Assembly (NCBI GenBank): GCA_016938675.1
Contig: JAFGUF010000023.1
Span: 32,583-96,582 of the forward strand
DNA from: Clostridia bacterium
GTDB taxonomy: Bacteria; Bacillota; Clostridia; Christensenellales; UMGS416
Direction of reading: 5' to 3'
Length of the DNA: 64,000 bases
Shown here: piece after piece, positions 9,318-21,368 of the stretch
Numbering within the stretch: position 1 is the first letter of the stretch
Layout: each line of letters opens with the position of its first letter
The notes under the pieces: model-generated
Database searches by the model: none
What the model was told of the DNA's origin: nothing
What the model saw: only the letters and a program-made list of their open reading frames with translations
Made by a program: the position numbers and the translations under genes

Positions 9318-10829
9318 TTATCCGTAAATCTCAGTGTACTTTTTCTCAAGATACTTAGCATAGTATGAAGGGTCAAATTCCTTACCTGTTGCCTTCCTTA
9401 CTATTTCATCATCTATTAATAGCTTGCCGTATTTATGTACGTTTTCATTAAGCCAGCTTGTTATCTCCGTCAGATCGCCCTTTTCAAGTGCACCGTCATA
9501 GTCTATAACTTCTCTCATCTTTGCCTCAAACTGGGCTGAGTACGCAGTGCCCAGCGAATATGTCGGGAAATATCCAAAGAGACCGAATGACCAGTGAACA
9601 TCCTGCAGTATGCCGTGGGTATCATCCGGCGGGCATATCCCTAGGTATTCTTCATATTTTTTGTTCCACATCTCAGGCAGGTCCATTACGTCAACTTTGT
9701 CTTCAAATATCATGCGCTCAATCTGGTACCTAACCATTATGTGCAGTGAGTAAGTCAGTTCGTCCGCCTCTATCCTGATAAGTGAAGGGGATGAATAATT
9801 GCAATATATATAGAATTCTTCCTCCGTGATATCCTCAAACTGTTTGGGGAAGATATCCTTTGCCAGTTTATATATATGCTTGTTGAAATTTTTTGACCTG
9901 CTTATATTGTTTTCATATATTCTTGACTGTGATTCATGCATTGTCATTGATGCACCTTCATCCAGTGAAGTATAATTGTAGTCGCTGTTTATATTCAGAT
10001 TGTACATTGCATGCCCGCCTTCGTGCAAAGCCGCATAGATAGCGGAAGCAATGTTGTCCTCATGATAGGCAACTGTATAGCGTATGTCGTTTGTGTTTGC
10101 ACCTGACGTGAATGGATGCGCGCTGACTGCTATTTTGCATCTGTCCTCCGGCAGCCCCTGCAGCTTGAATAATGCATGTACTAGTTTTTCCTGGCCTTCC
10201 TTGTCGAATCCTTTCGCGTTGATACGCTCCTTTATCTCCTTTGCCCTTGGCAGTACGCTGCTTTTTGCCACCATTGCGTTAAGTGGAACAACTGTCTTTT
10301 CAACTTCGGCAAAGTATTTATCAAGCGTGTCCATTGTCAGGCCTTCCTGATAATCATCCAGCAGAGTATTGTATACTTTTGCTTCCGGGTCTATGTACTT
10401 CGCGAACTTTATCTGGAACGCTATCAATTTCTCAAGATACGGCGCAAAAAGTTTATAGTCGTTGTCTGTTTTCGCCTTTATCCATATCTGTTCAGCCTCT
10501 GCTCTCAGCTTTGTATACTCCATCACTTCCTTTGCAGGAATACATGTTAGCTTTTTGTATTCCCTTGCGAATATCTCCACATTTCTTCTGTCCTTCTCTT
10601 CAAGGCCTTCAGCCGCTTGAAGTTCCTTTACAAGTTTCCCTGTATCTTCGCTGGTCATCAGGGCATGTGTTTCTCCTGCTAGTATGGACGCTGTAATCCC
10701 TCTGCCTTCTACAGATTTCTCTGGTGCAAATGTTGAACCATCCCAGTTCAGCAGCATCTGCGCGTGTCCGAATGCATATAGTTTCTTTTGTAGTTCATCA
10801 AATTTATTTAGTAGTTCCTGTGTGCTCAT
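9318..10829 (-). CDS. carboxypeptidase Taq-like metallopeptidase (M32 family)
   Basis: 503 aa with HPF, HEGGHAMY (HExxH), HESQSR, IRIEADELTY and LQDVHWS motifs. Confidence 0.9.
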   Translation of the reverse strand: MSTQELLNKFDELQKKLYAFGHAQMLLNWDGSTFAPEKSVEGRGITASILAGETHALMTSEDTGKLVKELQAAEGLEEKDRRNVEIFAREYKKLTCIPAKEVMEYTKLRAEAEQIWIKAKTDNDYKLFAPYLEKLIAFQIKFAKYIDPEAKVYNTLLDDYQEGLTMDTLDKYFAEVEKTVVPLNAMVAKSSVLPRAKEIKERINAKGFDKEGQEKLVHALFKLQGLPEDRCKIAVSAHPFTSGANTNDIRYTVAYHEDNIASAIYAALHEGGHAMYNLNINSDYNYTSLDEGASMTMHESQSRIYENNISRSKNFNKHIYKLAKDIFPKQFEDITEEEFYIYCNYSSPSLIRIEADELTYSLHIMVRYQIERMIFEDKVDVMDLPEMWNKKYEEYLGICPPDDTHGILQDVHWSFGLFGYFPTYSLGTAYSAQFEAKMREVIDYDGALEKGDLTEITSWLNENVHKYGKLLIDDEIVRKATGKEFDPSYYAKYLEKKYTEIYG

Positions 10830-10862
10830 TTTTTACTCCTTTATTTGTTTTTCTATATTTAA

Positions 10863-11246
10863 TTAAATTGTAATTTCTATTTCGTTTCCGTCAGGGTCAG
10901 CCACCTTGCTTTCATAATAGCCATCGCCTGTGTACCTCGGTTCACTTAATACTATAAAGTCATCATTCCTTATAAGATTTGTTATTCTCTCCACTTCCGC
11001 CTCTGAACCAACGGAAAAAGCTAAGTGCGTTAAGCCAAAATAGATTCCAAGCGCTTTATCAATTTGCAGCTTAGAAGAGCTCATTATCTCCATTTTTGCT
11101 CCTGAATCAAACGAAAGAAAATAGGATTCAAACCCTTTGCTCATGTTTATGTATTTGTTTCCAGCGGATGCATTGAAATATTTTATATAAAATTCTTTTA
11201 GCGCCTCGATATTCTGTGTCCATATGGCTATGTGGCTTATTATCAT
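10863..11246 (-). CDS. VOC (glyoxalase/bleomycin resistance/dioxygenase) family protein
   Basis: 127 aa. HIAIW...THLAF...YYESKVADPDGNEIEI is typical of the paired beta-alpha-beta-beta-beta fold. Confidence 0.8.
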   Translation of the reverse strand: MIISHIAIWTQNIEALKEFYIKYFNASAGNKYINMSKGFESYFLSFDSGAKMEIMSSSKLQIDKALGIYFGLTHLAFSVGSEAEVERITNLIRNDDFIVLSEPRYTGDGYYESKVADPDGNEIEITI

Positions 11247-11425
11247 AATTCCCTCTTTAGTTCTGTATGATTTTATTATAGCATCTTATTACAAAACTTT
11301 CATATAATTTACCTAATTATTTATTTAAATTACTATTAATATTTTCCACTCAAATATTTATACATATACATGCTTTTATGCTATACTTACTAAAGCCAAA
11401 ATATTTTTATCGTCGGAGGATGAAT

Positions 11426-12709
11426 ATGTTAATTGACGCACATTGCCATTTCTTCACAAATTCAATTCTTGCAGACAGACTGCAAAGAGACACCAAAAAC
11501 ATACTTAAGCTTTCTAAGCGCCTTTCGCTGCCCGTAAACAGCCCCATTGTGCAGGGGGCCGCGGAATTCCTCATCACCGGTGTTGAAAACACTCCGGAAG
11601 AAATGTATGAATATATGAAGCAAAGTTACGGATGCGACTTTATAGCTGTGCCCTTAATGCTAGATTTAACCTATGCATTTATAGCTCCTGAACAGGAATC
11701 AAAAGTGTCTACCATTAAAAAGGCGCTGAATGCCGCTAAGGAATCCAGCCTGCCAGAAAAGTATATTGAAGCCATAGAAAAAAGGCTGGATACTTTTGAA
11801 AGGTCAGCACTTGGAATAGATGTATTCAAAAATTCCTATGAAAAGCAGATAGAAAGCCTTACAAATATAAAGGCAAGCATGCCGGACAAGGTATATCCAT
11901 TTTTTAGTGTTGACCCAAGAAGAGATAATGAATTCAATGGCGGCATACTATCAGAGATCAAGAAATATGTTGGGCGCAGCAAGCCCTTTGCAGGGGTAAA
12001 GCTATATTCATCGCTTGGCTATTCCCCTACTCATCCTGTGCTGTTTGGCAGCGGAAAAAAACAAGGCGTATACGCATTCTGTGAAAGGCATAATATTCCT
12101 GTTACTGTGCATTCCTCAATAGAAGGTTTCTCGCATTTTCTAGACAAAACTAAAATCGAAGGTGATGTATATTACCCCGAAGCAGGCAAATGCGTGCCGG
12201 CAGAATTTTTGTACGATGAGGGAATAATAAAATATGAAAACAACATGCCAACAAAAGATTTCGAATCTATAACCAGAGAGCGGCTCGTACTTTTAAATCA
12301 TCCCGTACTCTGGCGCAAGGTATTAGAAAAATACCCACGGCTTAAAATCGACCTAGCTCATTTCGGCGGCGTTATTCAGGCATATAAATATGCAACCCAC
12401 GACAAGAGTTCATTCTGGCCTGAATACATCATCGAGATGATGGATGATTTCCCCAATGTGTACTCCGATTACTCCTGTTACTATGAGCAGGGTGGAAACC
12501 CTGACTACATGGAACTTATATATAAATCTTTGTATAAGAATCTGCCTAGAAATGCAAAGAAAAAAGTGATGTTCGGGTCAGATTTCTACATGCTTGCTCT
12601 ATACAATATGACACCTGAAAAATATATTGATAACTTCCGAAAGGCCTTCACAAAAGATTTTAAAAGAATCTCGGAAGATAATCCCGCGAATTTTTTAGGT
12701 ATATCCTAA
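11426..12709 (+). CDS. amidohydrolase-2 family metal-dependent hydrolase
   Basis: N-terminal IDAHCHFF and C-terminal FGSDFYM motifs. Start chosen at 11426 (GGAGG 6 nt upstream); the ORF opens at 11378. Confidence 0.7.
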   Translation: MLIDAHCHFFTNSILADRLQRDTKNILKLSKRLSLPVNSPIVQGAAEFLITGVENTPEEMYEYMKQSYGCDFIAVPLMLDLTYAFIAPEQESKVSTIKKALNAAKESSLPEKYIEAIEKRLDTFERSALGIDVFKNSYEKQIESLTNIKASMPDKVYPFFSVDPRRDNEFNGGILSEIKKYVGRSKPFAGVKLYSSLGYSPTHPVLFGSGKKQGVYAFCERHNIPVTVHSSIEGFSHFLDKTKIEGDVYYPEAGKCVPAEFLYDEGIIKYENNMPTKDFESITRERLVLLNHPVLWRKVLEKYPRLKIDLAHFGGVIQAYKYATHDKSSFWPEYIIEMMDDFPNVYSDYSCYYEQGGNPDYMELIYKSLYKNLPRNAKKKVMFGSDFYMLALYNMTPEKYIDNFRKAFTKDFKRISEDNPANFLGIS

Positions 12710-12758
12710 AAAACAATTTGAATTTAATTACTTTTCATATAAGGAGACATTTGCATTA

Positions 12759-13424
12759 ATGAAGAATCAATCAAATACTGAACAGCTCTTTACCGGGCTT
12801 TTCCTGCTAATATTAGCCATTACATCTTCTATGTTCCTGATAAACAGAATTCTATTTTCTGAAATGAGTTACGATTCAGACAGTATAAATATATTGTCCT
12901 ACTTCACCATACAAACAAATATTATTTCGACTATATGGATGCTTGTTTTATCTTTACATGCACTTACAGGAAGTAAAATATATAAAATTTCAACAAATAT
13001 TAATCTTGCAGCAGCAGTAACTACATATATACTTGTCGCAGGCATTATATACTGGGCGGTACTTGTGCCGGTGTTTTATAAGCCCGGCGAAACATGGCTC
13101 TTTTCTGTTTCCAACATATGGATGCACACCTTTGTGCCTGCTATCTCCGTAGTTATGCTGTTTTATGCTAAGCGCCTAGCCTTAGATGAAGCCAAAAAAA
13201 CGAAAAGAAAGCTCGTTCTATTCTTCATTTATCCGATACTATATATCATATTTTCCATTGTTCACTCCATAAATGGCAAATACCTCTATCCGATGTTTAA
13301 CCCGAATGCTGTAGGTGGCTGGCTCGGGGTTGCAGTGTGCCTTATTGTAATGTGCTTTATATTTACATTGCTCTACCTTGCGCTGCTTTTTGGCGTGAAG
13401 AAAAAAAATAAAGCTGTGTTATAA
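12759..13424 (+). CDS. integral membrane protein (possibly Pr6Pr family)
   Basis: 221 aa with about six hydrophobic segments. The YFTIQTNII motif resembles Pr6Pr-type proteins. Confidence 0.55.
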   Translation: MKNQSNTEQLFTGLFLLILAITSSMFLINRILFSEMSYDSDSINILSYFTIQTNIISTIWMLVLSLHALTGSKIYKISTNINLAAAVTTYILVAGIIYWAVLVPVFYKPGETWLFSVSNIWMHTFVPAISVVMLFYAKRLALDEAKKTKRKLVLFFIYPILYIIFSIVHSINGKYLYPMFNPNAVGGWLGVAVCLIVMCFIFTLLYLALLFGVKKKNKAVL

Positions 13425-13486
13425 TATAATAAACGCTTAATTCAAATCATACCTCTGCTTAGACCTTAACTAAGGAGGAACTTATT

Positions 13487-14440
13487 ATGAAGATAAAATA
13501 CTTCATTGTATTCTTAGTCTGCATTCTGCTTTGCAGTGCATGCAGCAAGGCTGAGGAGTATCCCATCGTCAGTCGTGAATCCACGCTGCCTGCTGACATT
13601 ACAAAAAGAACGGCCGATAGCGATATGACGCCGCCGATTATGCACAGCAATGAGTTTGAGACCCCAATTCCTCTGCCCTATCCTGTCAATACTTCCGGCG
13701 GAGAAGACTCACCTTTTATCCTCCCTGATGGAAATACACTTTACTTTTTCTTTACCCCTGATGTGCGCATACCACATAATGAACAATTGACTGATGACGT
13801 AACCGGAATATGGGTGACCTGTAAATCGGCCGATGGATGGACGGAGCCTGAAAGAGTATGGCTTCAGGATGCCGGAAAGCTAGCGCTAGACGGAGCGCCT
13901 TTCGTAGCCGGCAATGAGATGTGGTTTGCTTCCGCCCGCGAAGGGTACAACGGAATGAATATATTTACTGCTAAAAAAAAGGATGGTGTGTGGAGCGACT
14001 GGCAGTATGTAGGCGGTGACATCGCAGGTCGTTTAAATGTGGGTGAGCTCCACATATACGAAGATGAACTGTACTACCACTCAGACAGAGAAGGCGGCAT
14101 GGGCAATTATGACATCTGGATGGCTAAAAAGGAAGGTGATGGTTGGAGCGAAGCCAAGAATATTGCAGCCGTAAATACACCTGAAATGGACGGATTCCCA
14201 TTTATTTCGCCTGACGGAGGAGAACTTTGGTTTACAAGGGTATATCAGGGCAGCCCTGCAATATACAGGTCAATCAAGCTGGACGGCGAATGGCAGACCC
14301 CTGAGCTGATAGTTTCGCAATTTGCAGGCGAGCCTACCCTTGACGCACAAGGAAACCTTTACTTCGTACATCATTTTTATGAAAATGGTGTAATGATAGA
14401 GGCAGATATCTATGTAGCATACAAAAAGCCAATAAATTAA
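13487..14440 (+). CDS. lipoprotein with TolB-like (PD40) beta-propeller repeats
   Basis: Signal peptide with lipobox LLCSAC. Repeated DSPFILPDGNTLYFF / FISPDGGELWFTR motifs. Confidence 0.7.
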   Translation: MKIKYFIVFLVCILLCSACSKAEEYPIVSRESTLPADITKRTADSDMTPPIMHSNEFETPIPLPYPVNTSGGEDSPFILPDGNTLYFFFTPDVRIPHNEQLTDDVTGIWVTCKSADGWTEPERVWLQDAGKLALDGAPFVAGNEMWFASAREGYNGMNIFTAKKKDGVWSDWQYVGGDIAGRLNVGELHIYEDELYYHSDREGGMGNYDIWMAKKEGDGWSEAKNIAAVNTPEMDGFPFISPDGGELWFTRVYQGSPAIYRSIKLDGEWQTPELIVSQFAGEPTLDAQGNLYFVHHFYENGVMIEADIYVAYKKPIN

Positions 14441-14533
14441 TTTTAATCAATTTGAGATTTATCGGTACTTAATGTTTACAATATATTTATCAGTTGTATA
14501 ATTGAAATAGAATAAATTATGGAGAGGCAAAAA

Positions 14534-15517
14534 ATGAACTATAGAATTTTAGGAAAAACAAATTACAAAATATCAGAGGTCTCCTTCGGTGGCTGGGCTA
14601 TAGGCGGCACATGGGGAGACGTTGACGATACTACCAGCATGGAAGCTTTGGAGAAAGCCGTGGAAATGGGGATTAACTTCTTCGATACAGCCGATGTCTA
14701 CGGCGACGGCCGCAGCGAAAGATTAATCGGCAAGCTGGCAAAGAGCAAAAAGGACAGAATCTATATCGCCACAAAGGCAGGCCGCAGAATAGACCCGCAT
14801 GTACCGGAGGGATATAAAATCGAGACAATTCGTTCCCACATTGAGCGCAGCCTAAAAAACCTCAATGTCGATTGTCTTGATCTTGTTCAGCTGCATTGCC
14901 CGCCTACACCAGTCTATGAAAACGAAGAGCTTTTCTATGGGCTATCACAGCTGAAAAAAGAGGGATTGATTGCCCACTTTGGAGTAAGCGTTGAGAAGAT
15001 GGAAGAGGCGATGACAGCAATGAAATATGATGAGCTGGCATCAATACAGCTTATCTACAATATGTTCAGGCTTAAACCTGAAGATCAAGTTTTAAGTACA
15101 GCCATGGCTAAAAATGTCGGCATCATTGCGCGTGTCCCTCTGGCAAGCGGCATGTTGACAGGAAAGATGACGAAAGATACCGTGTTTGCAAAAGATGACC
15201 ACAGGTCCTTTAACAGGCATGGGGAAGCGTTCGACAAAGGCGAGACATTCTCCGGTGTAGACTATGAGCTTGGTCTTCAGGCAGTGGAAGAGCTTAAAAA
15301 GCTTAAACCTGCAGAGATGACAATGGCGCAGTTCGCCCTCAAATGGATACTAATGAATGACGCAGTCAGTTGTGTCATCCCTGGAGGCAAAAACAAAACC
15401 CAGGTAACACAGAATACAGAAGCATCTGCCTTCGCAGGATTATCACCTGAAACTATGCAGCAGGTAAAAAATATTTATGATAAATATATAAGAGGCAGCG
15501 TACATCACCTTTGGTGA
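14534..15517 (+). CDS. aldo/keto reductase
   Basis: LGKTNYKISEVSFGGWAIGG...FFDTADVYGDGRSE...DLVQLH motifs. Start at 14534 (GGAGAGG upstream). Confidence 0.9.
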   Translation: MNYRILGKTNYKISEVSFGGWAIGGTWGDVDDTTSMEALEKAVEMGINFFDTADVYGDGRSERLIGKLAKSKKDRIYIATKAGRRIDPHVPEGYKIETIRSHIERSLKNLNVDCLDLVQLHCPPTPVYENEELFYGLSQLKKEGLIAHFGVSVEKMEEAMTAMKYDELASIQLIYNMFRLKPEDQVLSTAMAKNVGIIARVPLASGMLTGKMTKDTVFAKDDHRSFNRHGEAFDKGETFSGVDYELGLQAVEELKKLKPAEMTMAQFALKWILMNDAVSCVIPGGKNKTQVTQNTEASAFAGLSPETMQQVKNIYDKYIRGSVHHLW

Positions 15518-15533
15518 TATAAATGCAGTATGT

Positions 15534-15563
15534 AGCCCCGCATTATAATGGTAATGTGGGGCT
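15534..15563. terminator. hairpin between the convergent AKR and rhodanese genes
   Basis: AGCCCCGCAT (15534..15543) pairs with ATGTGGGGCT (15554..15563) with one G-U. The U-tract is weak. Confidence 0.45.
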
Positions 15564-15632
15564 TATAAATCAAAAGCAATTGATACATCAAATGCAATAG
15601 GTAGAAAAAAGGATACTCTCCGAAATCATATA

Positions 15633-15962
15633 TTATCTGACAATACCATATTCCCATGTTGATATACCGCCCATATTATAGGCGTTTTTGTATCCAATAG
15701 AATGAAGCTGCCTGACTGCTGAAGCGCTTCTCGCCCCGCTAAGGCAGTATACCAGCAGAGTTTTTTCTTTTTCTGATGTCACCTTTGCAATGCCGTTCTG
15801 CAGCATTCCCAAAGGGAGAGTTACCGCATTTTCGATGTGTCCTGATGCGAACTCGTAATCTTCCCTGACATCTAAAATTATTACGTCGCCATTCATCATT
15901 TCTTTCGCTTGTGCTTGTGAAATATAATTTCTTCCCAGACTTCCAAACATACTAAAAACCAC
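15633..15962 (-). CDS. single-domain rhodanese-like sulfurtransferase
   Basis: 109 aa with ILDVREDYEFASGHI and active-site loop CLSGARS. Confidence 0.85.
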   Translation of the reverse strand: MVFSMFGSLGRNYISQAQAKEMMNGDVIILDVREDYEFASGHIENAVTLPLGMLQNGIAKVTSEKEKTLLVYCLSGARSASAVRQLHSIGYKNAYNMGGISTWEYGIVR

Positions 15963-16094
15963 AAAAACACAAATTATTTTAGCTATACAACCCTAGTATT
16001 ATAAATTTATGTTTTACCTTTCTTTATTGATTGACATAAATTTAACACATTCAGATTGCAGCAACTGTGATAATGTCACTAAAAGAAAATAATA

Positions 16095-17138
16095 TTAAAA
16101 GCATCTGCCGGTCTCATCTCTTGCGCATTTTCCGTCATGGTCTTTGCAGTGGTAGCATATCTCGTTCGGAAGCTTCTCATCTCCGAAGAAATCTCTGAAG
16201 TTCTTGATTGTTGTTTCCGCGATACTAGCAAGAGCTTCCTGCGTAAGGAAGGCCTGGTGTGACGTAATCAGCACATTCGGGAACGTAAGCAGCCTGGATA
16301 ATATATCATCTGATATTATCTCCTCAGAAAAATCCTCAAAGAAATAATTCATCTCTTCTTCGTATACATCCAGCGCGGCGCCGCCAAGCTTTTTGTTCTT
16401 CAATCCCTCCAATAAAGCAGCTGTATCTATTAGTCCGCCTCGTGATGTATTAATAATGATTACATTGTCTTTCATTACCTCTATGGAAACAGCGTTAATC
16501 ATATGATGCGTCTCGGTGCTTAGCGGGCAGTGCAAAGATATAATATGGCTGCGCTTGTATAGTTCATCAAGGCCAACATACTCAATATCAAGATCTTTCT
16601 TCGGGTACTTATCATATGCAACAACATCCATGCCGAAGCCCTTGCATATATTCATAAATATCTGTCCGATTTTGCCGGTTCCGACCACTCCTATTGTCTT
16701 GCCGTAAAGGTCCATGCCTGTAAGTCCGTTTATGCTGAAATTGTTGTCTCGCACCCTCGCATACGCCTTGTGGGTTTTTCTATTCAGAGTCAGCAGCAAG
16801 GCCATGGCGTGCTCCGCAACTGAATATGGAGAATATGCAGGTACATTCATCACATGAACCCTTTTAAATGAGTGGTGGATATCAACATTGTTGTATCCTG
16901 CACACCGCATAAGTATAAGGTTGATGCCGAGATCGTGCAGTCCTTCAATAACGTCCTTGTCTATTCTATCGTTTACAAATGCGCATACAGCATCTGCACC
17001 CTTGGCAAGGGAAACGGTATCCGAAGTAAGTTTACTTTCTAAAAATTTATATGTAATATTATCATGCTTCGTTCTTTCAAATGAAGCTATGTCATAGGGC
17101 TTAGAATCAAAGAATACTATTTTTCTATTATTCATCAA
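16095..17138 (-). CDS. ldhA: D-lactate / D-2-hydroxyacid dehydrogenase (NAD-dependent) with a Cys-rich C-terminal extension
   Basis: GVVGTGKIGQ Rossmann motif and the RGGLID / HQAFLT catalytic region. The protein ends with CYHCKDHDGKCARDETGRCF. Confidence 0.8.
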   Translation of the reverse strand: MMNNRKIVFFDSKPYDIASFERTKHDNITYKFLESKLTSDTVSLAKGADAVCAFVNDRIDKDVIEGLHDLGINLILMRCAGYNNVDIHHSFKRVHVMNVPAYSPYSVAEHAMALLLTLNRKTHKAYARVRDNNFSINGLTGMDLYGKTIGVVGTGKIGQIFMNICKGFGMDVVAYDKYPKKDLDIEYVGLDELYKRSHIISLHCPLSTETHHMINAVSIEVMKDNVIIINTSRGGLIDTAALLEGLKNKKLGGAALDVYEEEMNYFFEDFSEEIISDDILSRLLTFPNVLITSHQAFLTQEALASIAETTIKNFRDFFGDEKLPNEICYHCKDHDGKCARDETGRCF

Positions 17139-17341
17139 TAACCATCCTTTTTATTATTTCTTAATCAATAATATCACAATATACTTGGATATCCAACATA
17201 ATTGAAATTTATTTACAATTAATTTTCGTATTTGCTTTTAGCTTATGCATTTTTGGTTTATGTATATATATGATTTTAAATTTAAATGATATTGTTTTCA
17301 CTTAAAACATATATGATATTTAGTTACTAAAGGAGATTAAA

Positions 17342-17968
17342 ATGGATAAAGTTGATTTCAAGAAAAAGTATAAAAGCCTCTATGCACCTTCAGCACAGAC
17401 GCCTGAAATAGTGGAAGTGCCGGGCCTGCAGTACGCCGTGCTAAGCGGTACGGGAGACCCCAACACAAGCAGGGGCTTTGCAATGGCTGTCGAGGCGCTG
17501 TTTGGGTTTTCATACACTGTCAGCATGAGCTATAAAGGTAACGAACTTAATATCCCTGGATTTTATAATTATGTTGTTCCTCCTTTGGAGGGCGTGTGGG
17601 ACATAGCAGAAGGCACAGACTTCAGCCAGTTTTCAAAAGATAATCTTCTTTGGACAATTGGTATATTGCAGCCGGATTTTGTAACACACGGCGTATTTAC
17701 TCAGGCAAAGGAACTGGCGGCAAAGAAAAAAGGAAATACACTGATAAGTGAAATATCTCTGGCAAGGTATAACGATGGGCTTTGCTGCACATTCCTTCAT
17801 CAGGGCTCATACGACAATGAGCCAGCCAGTTTTGAAAAGATGCAGGAATATGTTGAAAAGAACGGCTACAAGAGAGCGGAGAAAACACATCGCGAAATTT
17901 ACCTGAGTGATTTCAGAAATACAAAACCTGAAAAGCTGAAAACTGTATTAAGATTTAAAATAGAATAG
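17342..17968 (+). CDS. GyrI-like small-molecule-binding domain protein
   Basis: 208 aa. DFKKKYKSLYAP...PEIVEVPGLQYAVLSGTGDPN...LHQGSYDNE pattern. Confidence 0.65.
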   Translation: MDKVDFKKKYKSLYAPSAQTPEIVEVPGLQYAVLSGTGDPNTSRGFAMAVEALFGFSYTVSMSYKGNELNIPGFYNYVVPPLEGVWDIAEGTDFSQFSKDNLLWTIGILQPDFVTHGVFTQAKELAAKKKGNTLISEISLARYNDGLCCTFLHQGSYDNEPASFEKMQEYVEKNGYKRAEKTHREIYLSDFRNTKPEKLKTVLRFKIE

Positions 17969-17980
17969 ATTATATGCGAA

Positions 17981-18002
17981 AAGGCAGCCAAATGGCTGCC
18001 TT
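17981..18002. terminator. bidirectional intrinsic terminator (GyrI-like gene / groEL)
   Basis: AAGGCAGCCA pairs with TGGCTGCCTT. An A-run lies on the 5' side and a T-rich tract on the 3' side. Confidence 0.7.
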
Positions 18003-18038
18003 CTTTATTTATAATAGGTATTGTGCTGCGGCGCTTTA

Positions 18039-19965
<1,927 letters not shown>

Positions 19966-19997
19966 CATTGTCCTCCTGTATGAATAATTGCTTTTTG

Positions 19998-20024
19998 TTA
20001 GCACTCTGTCAAAATGAGTGCTAG
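19998..20024 (-). promoter_or_regulatory. CIRCE operator (HrcA binding site)
   Basis: TTAGCACTC-tgtcaaaat-GAGTGCTAG matches TTAGCACTC-N9-GAGTGCTAA in 17 of 18 positions. It lies between the promoter and groES. Confidence 0.92.
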
Positions 20025-20033
20025 GCTATAATT

Positions 20034-20062
20034 ATGATATAAAATTTTACTTGAAAAATCAA
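20034..20062 (-). promoter_or_regulatory. groESL sigma-A promoter
   Basis: Minus strand: TTGATT (20062..20057), 17 nt, TATCAT (20039..20034). Confidence 0.55.
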
Positions 20063-20090
20063 GTACTTTTTTCAATTATATTATATTTTT

Positions 20091-20381
20091 TTATACTTCG
20101 TAATCTACGCATGCGCGCTCTTCGCGCACAGAAGCGCAGAATTCCGCTATCTTGACATGTGCAGGATGCTTTTTGTACTTTTCCAAATCTTCAGAATTGT
20201 TGAATTTACTTACCAGAACCAGGTCATAATTCCCTGCGAATTCGCCTGTGTCTTTGCCGACTTCCATGTGCTTTATCTCTCCAATTATTGAAGGAAGCTC
20301 CATAAGCATTTCCCTGAATGAATTTACATTTTCTTCTTTGTTCTGTTCCTTGAATTTCCACATCACAATGTGCACCAGCAT
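20091..20381 (-). CDS. Dabb (stress-responsive alpha/beta barrel) family protein
   Basis: 96 aa. MLVHIVMWKFKE...HPAHVK pattern. Confidence 0.8.
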   Translation of the reverse strand: MLVHIVMWKFKEQNKEENVNSFREMLMELPSIIGEIKHMEVGKDTGEFAGNYDLVLVSKFNNSEDLEKYKKHPAHVKIAEFCASVREERACVDYEV

Positions 20382-20384
20382 ATT

Positions 20385-21296
20385 TTATGTCTCCTTTAAT
20401 AGTAAATTTATATAGCCTGCCAAATTATCATTGTCACTCGCTGTTATCTTTGCAATTCCGCAGGTTTTCATCACAATTTTAAGTATGCATAATCCGTATA
20501 CAATAATATCCGCTCGCTTTGGCTGAAGACCCGGGATTTTCTTTCTCTCTTCCACATCCATTTCCTGCAGCTTATTAATCATCCTAATAAGTTCTTCATA
20601 GGATATTTCCGTTTGGTTTATTATTGCGCTGTCGTACTTTTCAAGGTTTTTAAGCATTGCGGCCATAGTTGTTATTGTGCCCCCTACTCCGTACCACCTG
20701 ATGTCCTTTCTGTCTCGCGCGCTGCTAATTTCTTCTTTCAGTTCGTTTGCTATTATTGACTCAGCCAGCTCTTCAATTTTGTTCAGGTCTCTGTCATCCT
20801 TAAGAAGCTCCATGCACTTTACAGCTCCGATTTTTGCCGAGCCCGCAGCTTGAACTAATCCGTCTAGTCCAATGGCTATTTCCGTGCTGGCGCCGCCGAT
20901 GTCAATAACTCCGCAAGCTCCATTAACGCCAACCCCGGCAAAGGCCATTTCAGCCTCTTTTTCTTCAGATACTATTTCCGGGACAATTTTGACCTTTTCC
21001 TTAACCAAGCTGACAAAATCCGCCTTGTTCTTTGCCGACCTTACTGCCGCTGTAGCAAACATGTATATTTCGTCTGCGCTGTTTTCATCCGCTATTTGTA
21101 CGTATTCTGCTATAGCGCCAACCGTTCTTATCATTGATTCATCACTGAGAATGTATTCCTGTGATATGTCTTTGTAAAGCCTCGTGGTGTTCAGATTCCT
21201 GTAGAGAGGCTTTATGCCTTCCCCTCCTACATCAGCCACCATCATCCTTACTGAATTTGATCCTATATCTATTACGGCTATTCTTCTAGCTACCAT
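20385..21296 (-). CDS. ppx: Ppx/GppA family exopolyphosphatase (short form, no HD domain)
   Basis: IAVIDIGSNSVR...VIDIGGASTE ASKHA motifs. Start at 21296 preferred. Confidence 0.85.
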   Translation of the reverse strand: MVARRIAVIDIGSNSVRMMVADVGGEGIKPLYRNLNTTRLYKDISQEYILSDESMIRTVGAIAEYVQIADENSADEIYMFATAAVRSAKNKADFVSLVKEKVKIVPEIVSEEKEAEMAFAGVGVNGACGVIDIGGASTEIAIGLDGLVQAAGSAKIGAVKCMELLKDDRDLNKIEELAESIIANELKEEISSARDRKDIRWYGVGGTITTMAAMLKNLEKYDSAIINQTEISYEELIRMINKLQEMDVEERKKIPGLQPKRADIIVYGLCILKIVMKTCGIAKITASDNDNLAGYINLLLKET

Positions 21297-21368
21297 GTTA
21301 TCATTCCTTTTCATAAACGAAACAAATGAGCAGGATTCCCTGCCCATTGTTTTTCTATACGATATCTA

